DNA of 64,000 nt from Octopus vulgaris (taxonomy: Eukaryota): positions 41,540,001 through 41,604,000 of the forward strand of contig OX597825.1 of the NCBI GenBank assembly GCA_951406725.2, in the 5' to 3' direction. This document shows, one piece after another, positions 1 to 13,338 of this stretch (within the stretch, counting starts at the first letter, position 1; every line of letters begins with the position of its first letter). The notes below the pieces were generated by a model, which had not been told where the DNA came from, did not search any database, and saw only the letters and a list, made by a program, of their open reading frames with translations. A program made the position numbers and the translations under genes.

Positions 1-157
1 AGTGGCATTAGGAAGGGTATCCAGCCATGGAAACCATGCCAAAACAGACAATTGGTGTATGACAGCTCCCTAGCTGGCCAGATCCATGTCAAACCATCCG
101 ACTCATGCAAGCAGAGAAAACGGGCATCAACTGATGATGATGATGATGATGATGATG
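1..157 (+). mobile_element. 3' end of high-copy RTE-clade LINE (3' UTR plus (GAT)n tail)
   Basis: ggcattaggaagggtatccagc...catgccaa...tcaaaccatcc...(GAT)n matches the 3' end attached to RTE coding sequence at 37760-37926. Confidence 0.8.
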
Positions 158-529
158 ATATATATATATATATATATCACCTGCTAGTAGGGACAGTACA
201 TTCTGTTATGCAACATAATATACTACCAAGTATATTAAAGGCTTATAAGGCAATATTGTATTCTATGTGTGTTAGCAGTGCAATTCAATAACTTCTAAAA
301 GTTTACTGCAAAATTTAGTGCCTATTTAAGCAATATGTTCATGGATAGTCAAAGGGTTGGATGTGGTGCTGAAGAAGGAACAATAACTCCTGAAATATGG
401 ATGTACACCCATTACCTGTATTTCTATCTTTCACTGTATTGTTTACATAGATGTATTCATATACAAAACATCATAACTGTCAATGCTGGCTTTAATTTCT
501 ATAGAAAATCTGTAAAGATAACCTTAAAA

Positions 530-569
<40 letters not shown>

Positions 570-572
<3 letters not shown>

Positions 573-812
573 TTATAAATTAGAGATAAAACCACTATTA
601 TGTAATTCAAACAGTGATAGACATAAACCAAAACATAAATAATAAATAATATATATTTTTATAAAACATACAACTTATCTCATACAAAAAGTATAAATAT
701 AAATGATCCCTATATAATATAAGTAAAAAAACTATGTAAGTTTCATGGCTACAATTAAATTCGAATTACAATAAAGTTTAAATTCGATTTAGAATTATAG
801 TCAATCTTACAC
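570..812 (-). mobile_element. AT-rich pLTR-like repeat fragment with long hairpin and degenerate hammerhead-like end
   Basis: Lies between (TA)n and (CA)n. The minus strand has a stem gactataatt..tcgaatt/aattcgaa..aattgtagcc followed by GAAAC. The terminus aattagagataaaaccact resembles the reverse complement of 60385-60406. Confidence 0.4.
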
Positions 813-844
813 GCACACACATGTGTGTGTGTATGTATAAACAC

Positions 845-3070
845 ATTATTCCGTTATCCTGGTCCTTCATGAGGTTTAAAGTCTTGAAATTAGCCATCAC
901 CAATTGTTCCATGTCTTCTGGATCTTCTCCATCTGCAAACTCCTTCCACATTAAGTGATCAGCACTTCTTTACTGCTTCATACAGTTATTCTCATCCATA
1001 AAAATTATATATCCTTACCAGTGCACATTTCTCTTATACCCAGTATTTCTCTGAGCATATTGTAGGTTCACTAACATTGCACATACAACAGAGTGAGCTC
1101 ACTTCATTTCTTTCCAATCTTTCCAAGTACTTTACATTCGAAGCTTATGTCTTACTACCATGCAGTATCACAGTTCAGCCACAGGTGTCATACAGTCTAT
1201 CCTTCACTCTAAGAGAAAAGACACTTGTAGCAGCATCAAAAGGTCCTGGAACTTTCTGAAAATCATTCTTAATCTGGCAGCTATACTTTCAGAGCAACCT
1301 TCTCGTTAACTTTAGGGAAACTATTTCTGGTACACTCATAATGCATAAAGTTCAAGTGCATCTATCGCATATGAAGTTTATTTCCAACTGTTGCTCCGAC
1401 ACTATAATGCAATGGGTTGATGACTGAACACTAAATCATTGTTAACTCACACTTTACTTACTGCATTTTATGTGTAACCTGTACTGCCTTCGCAAGCTTT
1501 TCATCTCTGATTTCCTTGCTGACCACAAATTACTGAGTTAGGTACCCTATCAAATGCCTTTTCCAAATCAACAAAAGCCAAGGATAGTGGTTTACTCTTA
1601 GCCAAGTTTCCTCACTTGGAAAACTGCATCTGTGTACCTATCCCCAAGACAGTGAAAAGCTACAACTCATCAAGGTCTGTTGTATCACTGATCAAATGTG
1701 CTATGCTTCAGTCAAAGGTCTATTAGTTTGATTCCCCTATGGTTATGTCTCTCTAATCCATCGCCTTTGCCTCTGTAGATGTTTACAATGATACTGCTAT
1801 GTCAGTCATTTGGATTGATACCTTCCTATATAACTTTATCAAGTTTCCTGGTGATACTCATGTATCTTACCTCACCAAATATTTTCAGCATCTCTAGCAC
1901 TATTCCTCATAGATCCATAGCTTTAACTCATTTTATGTTCTTGGCCCCTTTATCTACCACATTGCTAGCAACTTAAATTGTTGGTCCCTCTGTAGATCAA
2001 CATGAGATAACTCCTCTTTATCTCATGCATTTTCTATATTCAGCAGTGTTACTTCCTAATATCACCTTTCTTCTAGGTTTACAAATATTGTCTCTTAATT
2101 TCTTCCATTTTATCAATCATATTATGCCACTACCATATTACTTTCACAATGACAAGGACTTTGCTCCATCTGCATGTCTGTTCTGTATTCCTATGCAGGT
2201 AATTTCATTGAAATTTGCAGTTGCCATCTATGGCTATAGACTTCTAAATTTTCCTCCCTACACCCATAAGTATCATTTAATGTTTTGCTAAATCTATTTC
2301 AAATTGCAGGATGTTTTAATTCCCATATCTTTTTCACCATGTCTTCTTTTGCTTCTGTTCCTGCCTTGCTCTGTAGTTACTAGCCACTAATCTATGCTGC
2401 ATAGTGCATTGTTTATCAGGAACGATTTTGTTATTTACAATAGCTTTTCCATCCTGTTTACTTTTGAGAATGTTATCTGACTAATGTATTTTACCAGATT
2501 GGTAAGCAATTAAGTATTTTCCCTGGTTTCCTAAAGTGTGTGTTGCAAATAGTTAGATCGCTTGCATCACAGAACTCCAGGGGCTTTACACCTACCTTAT
2601 TTTTTTAATCAAAATCATAGCTTCCACATATGTCATAGAAGCTATCAATGTGTTGGCCAACAAACTCATTGAAGTGGTTGATCATGATGTTGCTGTCAGT
2701 TGTCATTAAGGTTGTCTGCAGAAGAGCTTCACAGAAATAGTCCTGTTCTTCAGGCAATCCTGTTTATATGGTATATGTTGTGATAAAAGTTGCTCTTGAG
2801 TTGTTTATAATTAATCTCAACTGAATCATCCTTTTGTGCAACCTCAGTTATTTCATTTATCCTTTTCTCAGCTGACAGTATGTCTACCTCACCTCTGATA
2901 TCACGGTTACTCACCCAGAGGAATTTGTGCTGCTCTCTCTTACCTGTGAGGAATGTTGTTAAGGATCCCTCTCATCCTATCTCTTACAAACAACACACAT
3001 CCATTCATTTCTGTTCCAACATTTCCACAAGTTCACCAGAACTACCTTTTATCATACCTTTGTTTATGGC
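845..3070 (-). mobile_element. Decayed RTE-clade LINE (APE endonuclease plus RT remnants)
   Basis: The minus strand reads LAKSKPLSLAFVDLEKAFDRVP (RT, ~1543-1605), EFCDASDLTICNTHFRK (APE, ~2528-2577) and KGSSGELVEMLEQ (APE start, ~3010-3050). Many stops and frameshifts. Confidence 0.85.
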
Positions 3071-5679
3071 TGCTACCCAAAAGTTTTGAAATTTACCAAA
3101 AGAGGGTATGTATCTTTGGTGGTAAAACCACTTGGTTGTTGATTCATTACAGTCTGATGGCAACTGTGTCTGTGGAGGATTAGAAAAGATTTTAGGTCTG
3201 CACTTTTCCATTGTAAAATGTTTGGGAATCCAGTTACTTGTCGGTTTTAATAACTGAATACATATATTCTGCAAAATAGGAGAATTTCAGAATCACTGAG
3301 TATATCAAGATGTAAGATATTATATGGCTTAAAGTACACCAAATGGAATGAAACAACATCTATATAAAGTACATTTACATGAAGTACATTTAAACCAGAA
3401 CATGAAAAATATCTACATCTGGAGGGAAAACCAAGTAAGCAGCTAACAATATGGCTGGGAAATGGTTTCTAAATCCAGATTATTGAAGAGAAAGTTGGAT
3501 ATAAGATATATAAAGAAAACAGAATAGTACTTGAAATATGTACTTGAAAATTAACTGATGAGCTAGGTGTTATGTTTACTTAAATAAGTGAGAAGCTCTG
3601 TGAGATAATTAGGGATGCAAGCTGTTTAGGAAATGAGAAAAACTACTGACAGCAATAATAGAAGTGAACTAGTACTCAATCATTAAGGAAAATAAAGCAG
3701 ACTGGATATGCTATTCTTATTGATTTCCTGGCAAGTTATGTGATTTAAATAAAGATAATGTGTTGCTATTTAATTCAACAGTTAAGCAATGCATATAAAT
3801 TATTTGAAAGACATTGAAGTATTTTCAAAAGTACTGAAAACAAGTTTTCTAAGAAGTGGCTATAGTCACTTGATTAGCTAATCAGATATCAGGACTAAAA
3901 GCAAATTTGATTAGAATTTCAATGTGGAAATAAAGTTAATAAACCATAGCAAGAAAAATCATAGCATAGAACAACCAATAAAGAAAGGCTAAATATTTAG
4001 TTTTTCTCTAATAACCACTAGATTATAAAACATGAAACTAAAGATCAGATGACAGGCTAAAAGTGCAGAAGTCTGCCACATTGAAGACAATTTAGCTTTG
4101 TAGCGTAAAAGGCTATAATTGGAGACAGGAATGAACAGCAGTTGATGAAATTAAAACAAAACGAGAAAAGCAAAAGAAAAAAAGATTTCATCCACAACCT
4201 GCACAACTCGTGGGCTGACTATGTGCGGAAATAATTTTAAACCAACAGTGATTCTTCTCAGAACATTATCACAGAAATTCTTTGAAAGATAATAATAATT
4301 GCCTTCAAAAAGTAAATTAATAGAAGGAAGGTGAACTGCTTCAAGCTGCAAGAATTGTTTGAATATGGAGGCTTAAAAGCAGTTATATAAAGATAGTATC
4401 TCCAATATGAATAAGTTATTTGTTCTTTATATCTTAAAGCCTACTATATAGACTTTATTTAAACATAGAAAATAGAAATAAATTAGCTTTGAATAGTTAC
4501 ATCAATAATGGTGAAGAAGATCATTCTTAGGTCAGATTCAATCATCAATATAATTTAAACAGACTGGCTTTATATTATAATAGATAGACTAGATTTTCTT
4601 CTAAAGTAGGTATAAAAAAATTAAAACAAGATGTTATTAAATAAGCTTATATTAAAGGCTCTACATGAATTTAGTAAATGATTGATTTCAATATTTGTAA
4701 ATTTCCTACTCAACAAATAACAATGGTTTATAATTTGGTCATAAAATAATGTATTTTATTTTAATGTTGGAAAATGTTTTGCTATAAACAATAAAACTGC
4801 AGTAAAATAGCAGAATCAGAGGAAACTAATGATGTTATATGGTAGGCAAAAAATAATATAGCTAACATAACAGTGAAAAAATTTATGTGGTGAGGGTGAA
4901 AAGAAGTTTAGTATTTCGTTGGAGAGAGATAAATTATAGAGTTGTCATTAATTTAGGCAAAAAACTGTTAGGGCGGTGTAAAATAGTAGAGGAGTGATGT
5001 GGAGCAGCTAGTATGAGAAGAAAGTAAGAGAGAAAACAAAGGAGATGTAGTGTGATTAGTTTGTGAGTTGCAGGATGAGGGAAGAAATGAAGAGTCTGTG
5101 AGGATACGGTAGAGCTTGTATAGGTCAGGTCAAGTGAGAATACAAGACATGATATGGACAGGATGACAAATACATAGTAACAGAGTCAAACACACACATA
5201 AAAGCAAAAGAGAGGATAGTTACAAGAGATTTGTACAAAATTTAGAGAATATAAATAGTTAGAATTATAAAGACAAAATTGTTTAATGAAAATATTAGCT
5301 GTAAAATGTAATTTGTTGAGTAGAATATATATCTTTCTGTTATTGAGAGCTTCTCAGAGACCATGCATTGAAATTCAACTTCTTCAAGATATCCAGTTTC
5401 TCAGCAATTTTTCAGTATTTGGCAAGATTCACCTTCAATGACACTTTAGTTTAAATATCACAGAACCTGGGATAAATGCCCTCTCCTATAGAACAGGGCA
5501 GACCAATGCATTTGTAAGTGAATTTGGTAGATAGAAATTGTGTGGAAACATGTCATATGTGTATATATGTTTGTGTGTGTGTGTGTGTCACACTCAAGAA
5601 GACCCATACTCCGCAGCACCAGTGTTAAGACTGTTTACCCCCACCCCTTTGGTGAAGATTGACCTGCAAGAGTCTGGGC

Positions 5680-5887
5680 TGGTACCACCTAAAAAGCATT
5701 CATGGCAGTACCACATAAAAGTACCCAGCACACCCTTTAAAGTGGTTGGCATTAGGAAGGGTATCCAGCTTTAGAAACCATGCCAAATCAGAATGAAGTC
5801 TGGTGCAGCTTTCCAGGTTGCCAGCTCTGGTCAAACCATCCAGCTCATGCCAGCATGGAAAATGGACGTTAAAGGATGATGATGATA
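5680..5887 (+). mobile_element. RTE LINE 3' end fragment with (GAT)n tail
   Basis: gtggttggcattaggaagggtatccagc...catgccagcatggaaaatggacgttaaa(GAT)n. Confidence 0.8.
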
Positions 5888-6135
5888 CACACACACACAC
5901 ACATACATAATAACAATAATACTAGGATTGAATTTATAGACATTTAATGCATTGCTATGTGCATTTACATGAATCACATGTCTTTTACGATCACAGTCTG
6001 TATTCCTGGGATGATTACCTTGGAGTCTGTAGTAGATTCATTTCTTCAGGCGATATAACATTAATGGATCTACAACAGGGGGATGCTTATCCCTTTTGAC
6101 CAGTAAGAAGGTTGACTGAGTTATGTCAACAAATT

Positions 6136-6223
6136 GTTATTATTATTATTATTATCATTATTATTGTTATTATTATTATTATCATCATTATTATTGTTAT
6201 TATCATTATTATTATCATTATTA

Positions 6224-6254
<31 letters not shown>

Positions 6255-6285
6255 CATTATTATTGTCATTATTATTATTATTATT
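6136..6285. repeat. (ATT/ATC)n microsatellite
   Basis: Directly visible; source of the poly-N and poly-L ORFs. Confidence 0.95.
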
Positions 6286-6730
6286 GAGTGAGAGAGCAGT
6301 GCATGCCATCAAAGTGACACTGGGGTAAAATATACGAACACCAGTATACCCATCATGACTACCCGTCTGATAAGGGTACACTAGGCACACACATCACCAC
6401 CATATGTGCGTGACATGATGATCTCATATCAAGATAAACAGCACATGACCTTGCAGGTGGGGCCCAGTTAGAATTTTGTTCTGGTCGAGTAGCCCATCTC
6501 ACTCAAAAGGTCCCTGAATAAGGGTTGTTTAAGGATGTTGAACGAAACACCCCTGTTTCCAAAGGTGAATTATTCAAACCCCAAAGAATCCCTCTCAACA
6601 CATGGCTATGATGCTCCCCCCACTACTTCTGCTCGTGATCAGAGATGCACATATCGTCAGCCACTAAGGGACATGCTCAACTGGTTAAGGCCAAACAACT
6701 GACAAGCAAATCTGTGGTATTGAGCAGATA
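6286..6730 (-). mobile_element. Young interspersed repeat embedded in (AAT)n; candidate 3' UTR of an R4/Dong-type non-LTR element
   Basis: Complex, CpG-retaining ~445-bp block flanked on both sides by (ATT)n. Dong/R4 elements are known to target (TAA)n. No coding motif seen. Confidence 0.45.
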
Positions 6731-7129
6731 TTATTATTATTGTTATTATTATTATATTTATCCTACATTACATCAATACAGCTCGATGCAATCCAAAAAA
6801 AAAAAACTGGCTCACCAGTCAGCATCATTAGACTGTGGCCAGCATAATGGAATATAAGATTTATTTGCATACTAAAAACATCTCGCATAAAAAATTTAAA
6901 AGATGTGTTTGTGAGTGTGTATTTACGAATATCTATAATATAAAAGACAGAAGATGTGTATGTATATATGTGACCAGCCATTACATTGATCCTATGTAAA
7001 AATCAATATTTTTCTTCCGAATTTGTTCGCACTTGGCAAATACATCGCTTATGTTCCATTGATGGCTCTACACTATTTAGAATTTTTTTACTTATGGAGT
7101 AATGGGGGTTCTAGGGTCAGAAGGTCCGT

Positions 7130-7720
7130 ATTTTGCGAAGAAACAGTCAGAAATTGATTGTCTCCCTTACACAGCAATCATCAAAAGGTCATAACCAGGT
7201 ATTTTTTGTTGAGAATTGGTGGGTCATACCCCACAACAAGATGCTCTGCAAAACATTTCATTCACACATCAACGTAGACTTCAACGACGAAAATAAGGCC
7301 CACCTATGCAGTTGGATTCAGCAGTGTGCAAAGGCGACACAATCGGATGCATTTACACAGTTCACCTCCTGAACTCCGAATGCTTCCATCTGTGGCTCTT
7401 CCTGTCATTAAGGGACCGACCTCCTTCGATGACCTTTGCACTGTGGACGGCCACTTATGTGGCACTTTCAAAGATGCCTGTTCCAAACAGATTCAGATGG
7501 TCAATAAGATAATGTACTTGAAGAGGCCTCTCTGTGTCATTCTCCACACAAGCGCCAACACCTTTTCACAATTATGCTGGTTTTTCTGCAACCTGACAGA
7601 TGCACATTCACTTTGGAATAAATACAAAGACTCAACGTGCCATGACACTTTGCAGCAGATTCACCAAATCACAGGTAGCGTTGATACTCCCACTACCTAT
7701 GAGAAGATGTATACAGATGC
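7130..7720 (+). mobile_element. Helitron RepHel pseudogene fragment
   Basis: NWWVIPHNKMLCKTFHSHINVD, DTIGCIYTVHLLNSECFHLWL and KGPTSFDDLCTVDGHLCGTFKDAC resemble the Helitron motifs N.WVVPYNP.L...F.AHINVE, GR.YTVHP...ECFYLRLLL and GPTSF.DLRTV.G....TF.EAC. Frameshifted and internally deleted. Confidence 0.85.
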
Positions 7721-7944
7721 ATATATTAGACATGTATATATATATTTATATAGATATTTATATATATCAATATCTACATATACAACTCGTACTCATATGT
7801 ATATGTACACATACACATCCATATATACGTGTATCTGTATGTATAATCGCCCCTGTACACGCAGGTGTATATACCTTGTATACATACATTCACACACACA
7901 TACATATACACACACATATGCCTGCACTTATATACACACGAATA

Positions 7945-8900
7945 TAATTAGATGGTTGTGATATTCGGGTATGAGTGAGATTAGGTGTTAAAATGTAGAT
8001 TTATAGAGTTATTGGGATTATCTAAGGGGTATTGTGAAATTATATTGTATGGTCGTTTAGGCATTTGGATTTGTGGTAGAATTTGAATTTGTGAAAAAAA
8101 TGGTGGTTGCATGTGCTTAGTGCCTCGTTATATTTATTTAGCAATGCTGGAGAGTTGTGCTTTAATATGTGAAGTGCCTCCTTCAGGCAAAACTTGCAGG
8201 AAGAGCGTTGACCTCAGTAGGGAAGCCCTTTTAGGTTGATCCTATGTATATGGCTGTAGAGTTGTGTAATAGATTGAGGATAGTGCATTTGTAAATTACA
8301 TTATATCTTCTGCACTGGGTTTGTAACAGTTCCAAGATGGCAATTGCAATTCAGGGAATTATGGGGAAATTCTTCAGGAATAGAGGAGGTAATATCGTCA
8401 GAGGAGAGGTTAGAGAAGGGGTTGAAGATTCTAGATTATTAGTATTATTAACGTTACTATTACCATCATTGTTATTATTACTATTGTTGTTATTAATTGT
8501 ACTATTAGTAAGGGCGGTAGAGATTGCGGTGGTGTTCTGCACAGCGTCAGTAAGATGGGTTGTGTTGTGGTTGTTTTCTAATGTAAGGGTATCTGTGCTA
8601 GAACTGTGTGTGTGTTGAGTGTTCATATGACTAGAGTTGTAATTATGTGAGTTTTGATACTGAAGAGAAAGGTTTTGCTTATTAGAGGCTGCTACAATAG
8701 ATTCGAAGTTGGGTGGGGTAGAATAAGATAGTTTCAGGGCGGATCTATTAAAGATAGAATGATATTTATGTTGCCAAGGGAAGTTGGAGTCTAGTATTTT
8801 AAAGAAGGAGTTAACTCAGTTCTTAACGTTAAGTTAGAATTGGAGTGTGTCAAAACCCTCGATTCAATAGCACTGTGTACAAACTCTATACTCGTATGTT
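7945..8900 (-). mobile_element. Penelope-like element C-terminal remnant (RT-EN linker plus GIY-YIG endonuclease)
   Basis: Manual minus-strand translation gives SFFKILDSNFPWQHKYHSIFNRSALKLSYSTPPNF (~8810-8705), an Asn/Thr-rich spacer, then CRRYNVIYKCTILNLLHNSTAIYIGST*KGF (~8313-8222). Confidence 0.8.
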
Positions 8901-9017
8901 GTTGGTAAAACATGTTCTATATCTATCTCCTTACTCTCTTGGCGATTTTGGATATATATAGAACAGATGCAACAATCAGACAAATTACAGAAGCTACACA
9001 CATAATAGAAAATAAAC

Positions 9018-9076
9018 CTAGCCTGAAGAGAAAACTAGAATGGAACACTAGCACACACCAAAACATATGACGGTAG
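9018..9076 (+). ncRNA. Degenerate type-I hammerhead-like motif
   Basis: ctagc-CTGAAGA-...ctag..ctag..-cAAAA-CATATG-ac-ggtag. Stem I and the palindromic stem III are present; GAAA and UH are mutated. Confidence 0.45.
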
Positions 9077-9460
9077 AGGATCCCGAAAACATAATAAATA
9101 CACAGATAAATAAACAAATAGAAATAAATAACTATTTTTTTCTTTTTTTATCGATTTATTATTATTATTACTAGTATTGTTGTTATACATCCATACATAC
9201 ATACAAGCATATGTAATGATAATAATAAGTGGATGTAAACACATGAACAAAATAAGAATAAACAAAAACAACAACAACAAAAGCAAATTACATGAACGTA
9301 TATAAACAGAAGATACAAATATTACAGGCATCCCCCACACACTAAATAAACATAGATGCACATAAAGATATAAGCATGTGCAAATGAAGACATACAACAG
9401 AAATACAAAATGGCTGACGGTTAGTAAGGAGAGACACAAATAAGAAAGAAGAAAACAAAG

Positions 9461-9505
9461 GACCACTGATGCGGTCACAGGAGTGTGACGAAAGAACTCT
9501 GGCCA
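9461..9505 (+). ncRNA. Minimal type-I hammerhead-like motif (variant core)
   Basis: cca-CTGATGCG-GTCACA ggag TGTGAC-GAAA-gaac-TC-tgg. Confidence 0.6.
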
Positions 9506-9618
9506 AAATAAGATTAAGATTAATGTAAAAAATAAATAACACTGAAGCAAAATAACACCAAATATATAGTGCATATGTTTTTATTGGCTAAACTGGCAAA
9601 ATGACCATTCCGAAATAT

Positions 9619-9668
<50 letters not shown>

Positions 9669-12007
9669 TTCCTCAGTATTAGAAAATATGCTATACTCAC
9701 ATTTGAAAATGACCAGATGATATGTTTTCCTATAACTTCTACTTTTACTTCAACACAAAATTATGTCAAATTAATTCTTTACTAAATTGAGTTGCCTAGA
9801 AAAGTCTTAGAAATGACTTGCGAAGATGATTGAATTTGCAATCACCTAGCTGTACTTTTCCCCCTCCCCACCCACTATACACTACTTTGTTGAAGTTTAT
9901 TATACCTACGGGTTGATACTGAGTAGACATAAATTTTGCAGAAGCCTATTGAACTGATTTATACTTATTCTTTGGTGTTTCTTAATATAACACCATCATC
10001 TGGTCTTTAGGTAATTTTGGCAAAGTTCACACATTGGTAACAATTTGAATTAGGTTTTTATTCTGACAAAAACCAAAGAGAAATACTTTCTTCCTCTCTT
10101 TCTTTCATTATTTTCAGAGATCCATTATTTTCAGAGATCTTCTATGTCATTAAAAAAGGAGTGTGTACTTCTCAACATGTAATGTATCCACTTTTTGTAT
10201 ATGCAATTGAAATAACTACTATGAAAAATAAGAAATGTATTTTTACTTGTCAGAAAGAAGCAAAGGATCCAGTAAACACACTATTTATTGTAATAGGTTA
10301 TTGCCAAAAAAAAAAAAGGAAAAGAAAGAGAAAATAAATACTTCAAATGGTTGTTTCATAATCGGATTGAAATGATTTACTTCTTACTGAAGTCTAAAAC
10401 TTTTGCCATGCCATTTACAGAATTGCCATAATTTACATTTTTATAACGAGGGGTATTGATCTTCATACAGCTAGTTTAAAACCATTATCAAAGCAGTTTC
10501 TATGATGTTATTTCTACATCAAGCAAGAGGTTTGTGCTTATAACCCCATATACTGTACCTATGGTTACATACTGCATTTGATTTTCTGTCTTCAATTGTC
10601 CACAGGTTAGAGACTGTCCATCAAAGAAATATTACTCAAATAAGCAGCAATCATTCAAGCTGAAAAATGCATATTTAAACACACCATCAAAATGCTTCTG
10701 TTAATAATAGATAAAGACTATCATCAGAGAGCTTAATTTAGTTAAATCTATTGATTTTATACTTTTATCCAATAAAGAGTACCATCCTGTAATATTATGA
10801 TAAGCTAGTGTATGCTTCAACTTGTGATTTATCACATACACAGTAACCTAGATAAATATACGTCTTCTTTCATACAACCACAAAACAGAAAACATACACA
10901 TTTAACACACACTCTCTCTTTCTTTCTGTCTCTCTTGTCCTCTTTCTTTATGTACACCACATAATGCATACTTACAATCATGCACACACACACATACATG
11001 CATGTATATATATATATATATATATATGCATGCATGAATACATACATGCATACACTCATTCATACATACATATTCATACATATTTACAGCCCTTCTCAGA
11101 TTTGAATGACCTCCCATCTTGACCAAAATAATAAAAATCTGTCGGTTGGCCATGAAGAAAGGCCAGAACGTTTAATGTTGTATTGATGAGAAATATTTTT
11201 GCACCAAAGTCTAGAGCCATGAATTTATAGACAAACTGAATGTGGCAATGGAATAGTTGGGTCTTTGTTGAAGGTAATAGTGACACAGCAGACACTTTGC
11301 TCACCCACTGATATTTGTATTGATTTCTGTGAATGAGGGGAAAAATTCTTACAATAATACTACATTTCTTTAAACTATTTATTTATAAATATTCATAAGA
11401 ATGATTTTGAAAGTTGATTATTGTTATTAAAAGTAGCAGTGGAAGAATCAGGAGAACGATTGACAATAAACCTTAAGCAATTTGGTATGTTCTGCATCCA
11501 AATCTTTGCCTTTCATTTTTTGGTTTTGTTGCTGTAGTAAGTATAATAAACTATGGTGATCATTTTAATCAACTGCTCTCTCCCCACTAAACTTGTGGTT
11601 TTGTGACTGTGTTAGAAATTAATGGAAGTTTTAGAATATTTTCATTTATATATTTGTTATAATTTGATCATAGTACAAAGATTCTTTCAGATATTTCCAC
11701 TAATATAAGAAAGAATTTGATCAAACATACCAGCATCTAATATAATTTTATCTTTCAATAATGTTCTTACCCACACTTGCTTTATAAGTAACTTTTTGAT
11801 TTATTTTTGTATGTGAGAGTGGTTATTGATAAAAGCACCTCTGGTCCTAGATACCACACAAACCATGCCAATATGTGAAATGGAGGAGAAGGCAACAACT
11901 TTACAATGATGATGGTAATGATAATGACAACAACAGCAGTAAGAATGCTTACCATTCCATCCGATTTCTAAAGTTCACACTGAAATAATTTTGGATTGCT
12001 ACTTTGT

Positions 12008-12143
12008 TTAACCCTTTCGTTATCAACCCAGATGAAACTGCCTCTGGCTCTGTAGTACAAATATCTTTTTTGCATAAGTTTTGAATTAAGATCTTCCACC
12101 AAACCTTAGTCAGTCACATTTAATGTTCCTAACACTAGCTTAA
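12008..12143 (+). mobile_element. piggyBac-like MITE end
   Basis: TTAA-CCCTTTCGTTATCAACCC terminus; related inverted copy at 54310-54509. Confidence 0.55.
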
Positions 12144-12929
12144 TGGTATGAAATGTAACTTTCATCATTTATATCAATCATTTAAAAGTATTTTGGATTT
12201 TCAGTGAAGATAGTGATTGGGATGAAGTGGTGAAGACTGATCACACCTGATAAGTGTCATAAGGGAGATGACAAGTGACCATGGCAATAGGTAACATGTT
12301 ATACTGGTGAAAACTTTCTTCTGAAGACAAGCATGGCAAAAAAGAATGTCTTACTTGTCTGAAAGTGTTGGTTGCTAGGATGCCATACTTGTTTGAGAGT
12401 GTTGGTCACTAGGACATTTTGCTTCAGTTTACCCACTAACATCTCCCTGCCTCTTTTCCAGTACTTTTGTCCTATGCTCTCACACCACTCTGTAATATCC
12501 TTCTCCTTACCTCCTCTTCTTATCTCACTGCTCTTGTTGATTCCATCTTCTATTCTCTCTCATCTCTAGGGCACCCTACAGTCTTTCCATTTATCACAGC
12601 CTTTTCCTACATTCATCCACTGGTCACTCCTATCTTTTTCTCTTACTATATTCTCCCACAGCTTCTCCCACCTGTGATACTTTCTTTGTTTTCCCACTCT
12701 GCTCTTACCCTCTACCTCTAAGGTATCCCCTAGTTTCTTTTTCCCACCCTTCTCTTGCTGCACTAACTCACTGCTCACCTACCTTCTGCTTCATTTTATC
12801 TCACTATCCTGTCCCTACAACTCCTCTACCACCTCAATACCCTCTCATCTCTCCATTTCAGGGATACTGTCATGACACTCACACTTCTCTTTTCTTCAAT
12901 GACTCTCTCCAAAATAGATATATAAGTGC

Positions 12930-13338
12930 AAACAATTTCTATGTACTATGCTGGATACATGTGGTGTTCATCTGGTATGTTGATTTTTGTTTATTTTTAT
13001 ATGTCTTGACTACGCTGTCACTGATGAGTAAAAAGTGCATTTTGTGCACTAATTACGAAATCATATGATATGCACCTGAGTCTGTTTCTAGGAGGCTCGC
13101 TTTGAGAGTTGCATTTCCTTGCGTTTGGTACAATGTGGTTATTATGATGGTTTTAACTTTAAGAGTCCCTCCTAGCATGAGGCATTTGTGTATAGTAATG
13201 CCCTTAATATAAATAGATATATTTATAGGGAATAATTAACAAATTTTTCCCTTATGAGCTTTTTCATGCTGATTACTTGATAAATTCTTATAAAGATTTT
13301 ATCCAATATTTAAATTGTACATATGTAAACGATGGTGA

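Larger units (their letters stand above)
8900..9625 (+). mobile_element. Inverted pLTR segment(s) abutting the PLE remnant, with two hammerhead-like motifs
   Basis: A-rich strand switch at ~8900, motifs at 9018-9076 and 9461-9505, ends at (TA)n. 9320-9625 is homologous to 22140-22460. Confidence 0.6.

Noticed and set aside
3290-4900. A-rich region with short protein-like stretches
   Set aside because: Possibly an ancient TE, but no diagnostic motif was recognised.
7326-7961. 211-aa ORF as a host gene
   Set aside because: Frameshifted Helitron fragment running into TA/CA microsatellite.
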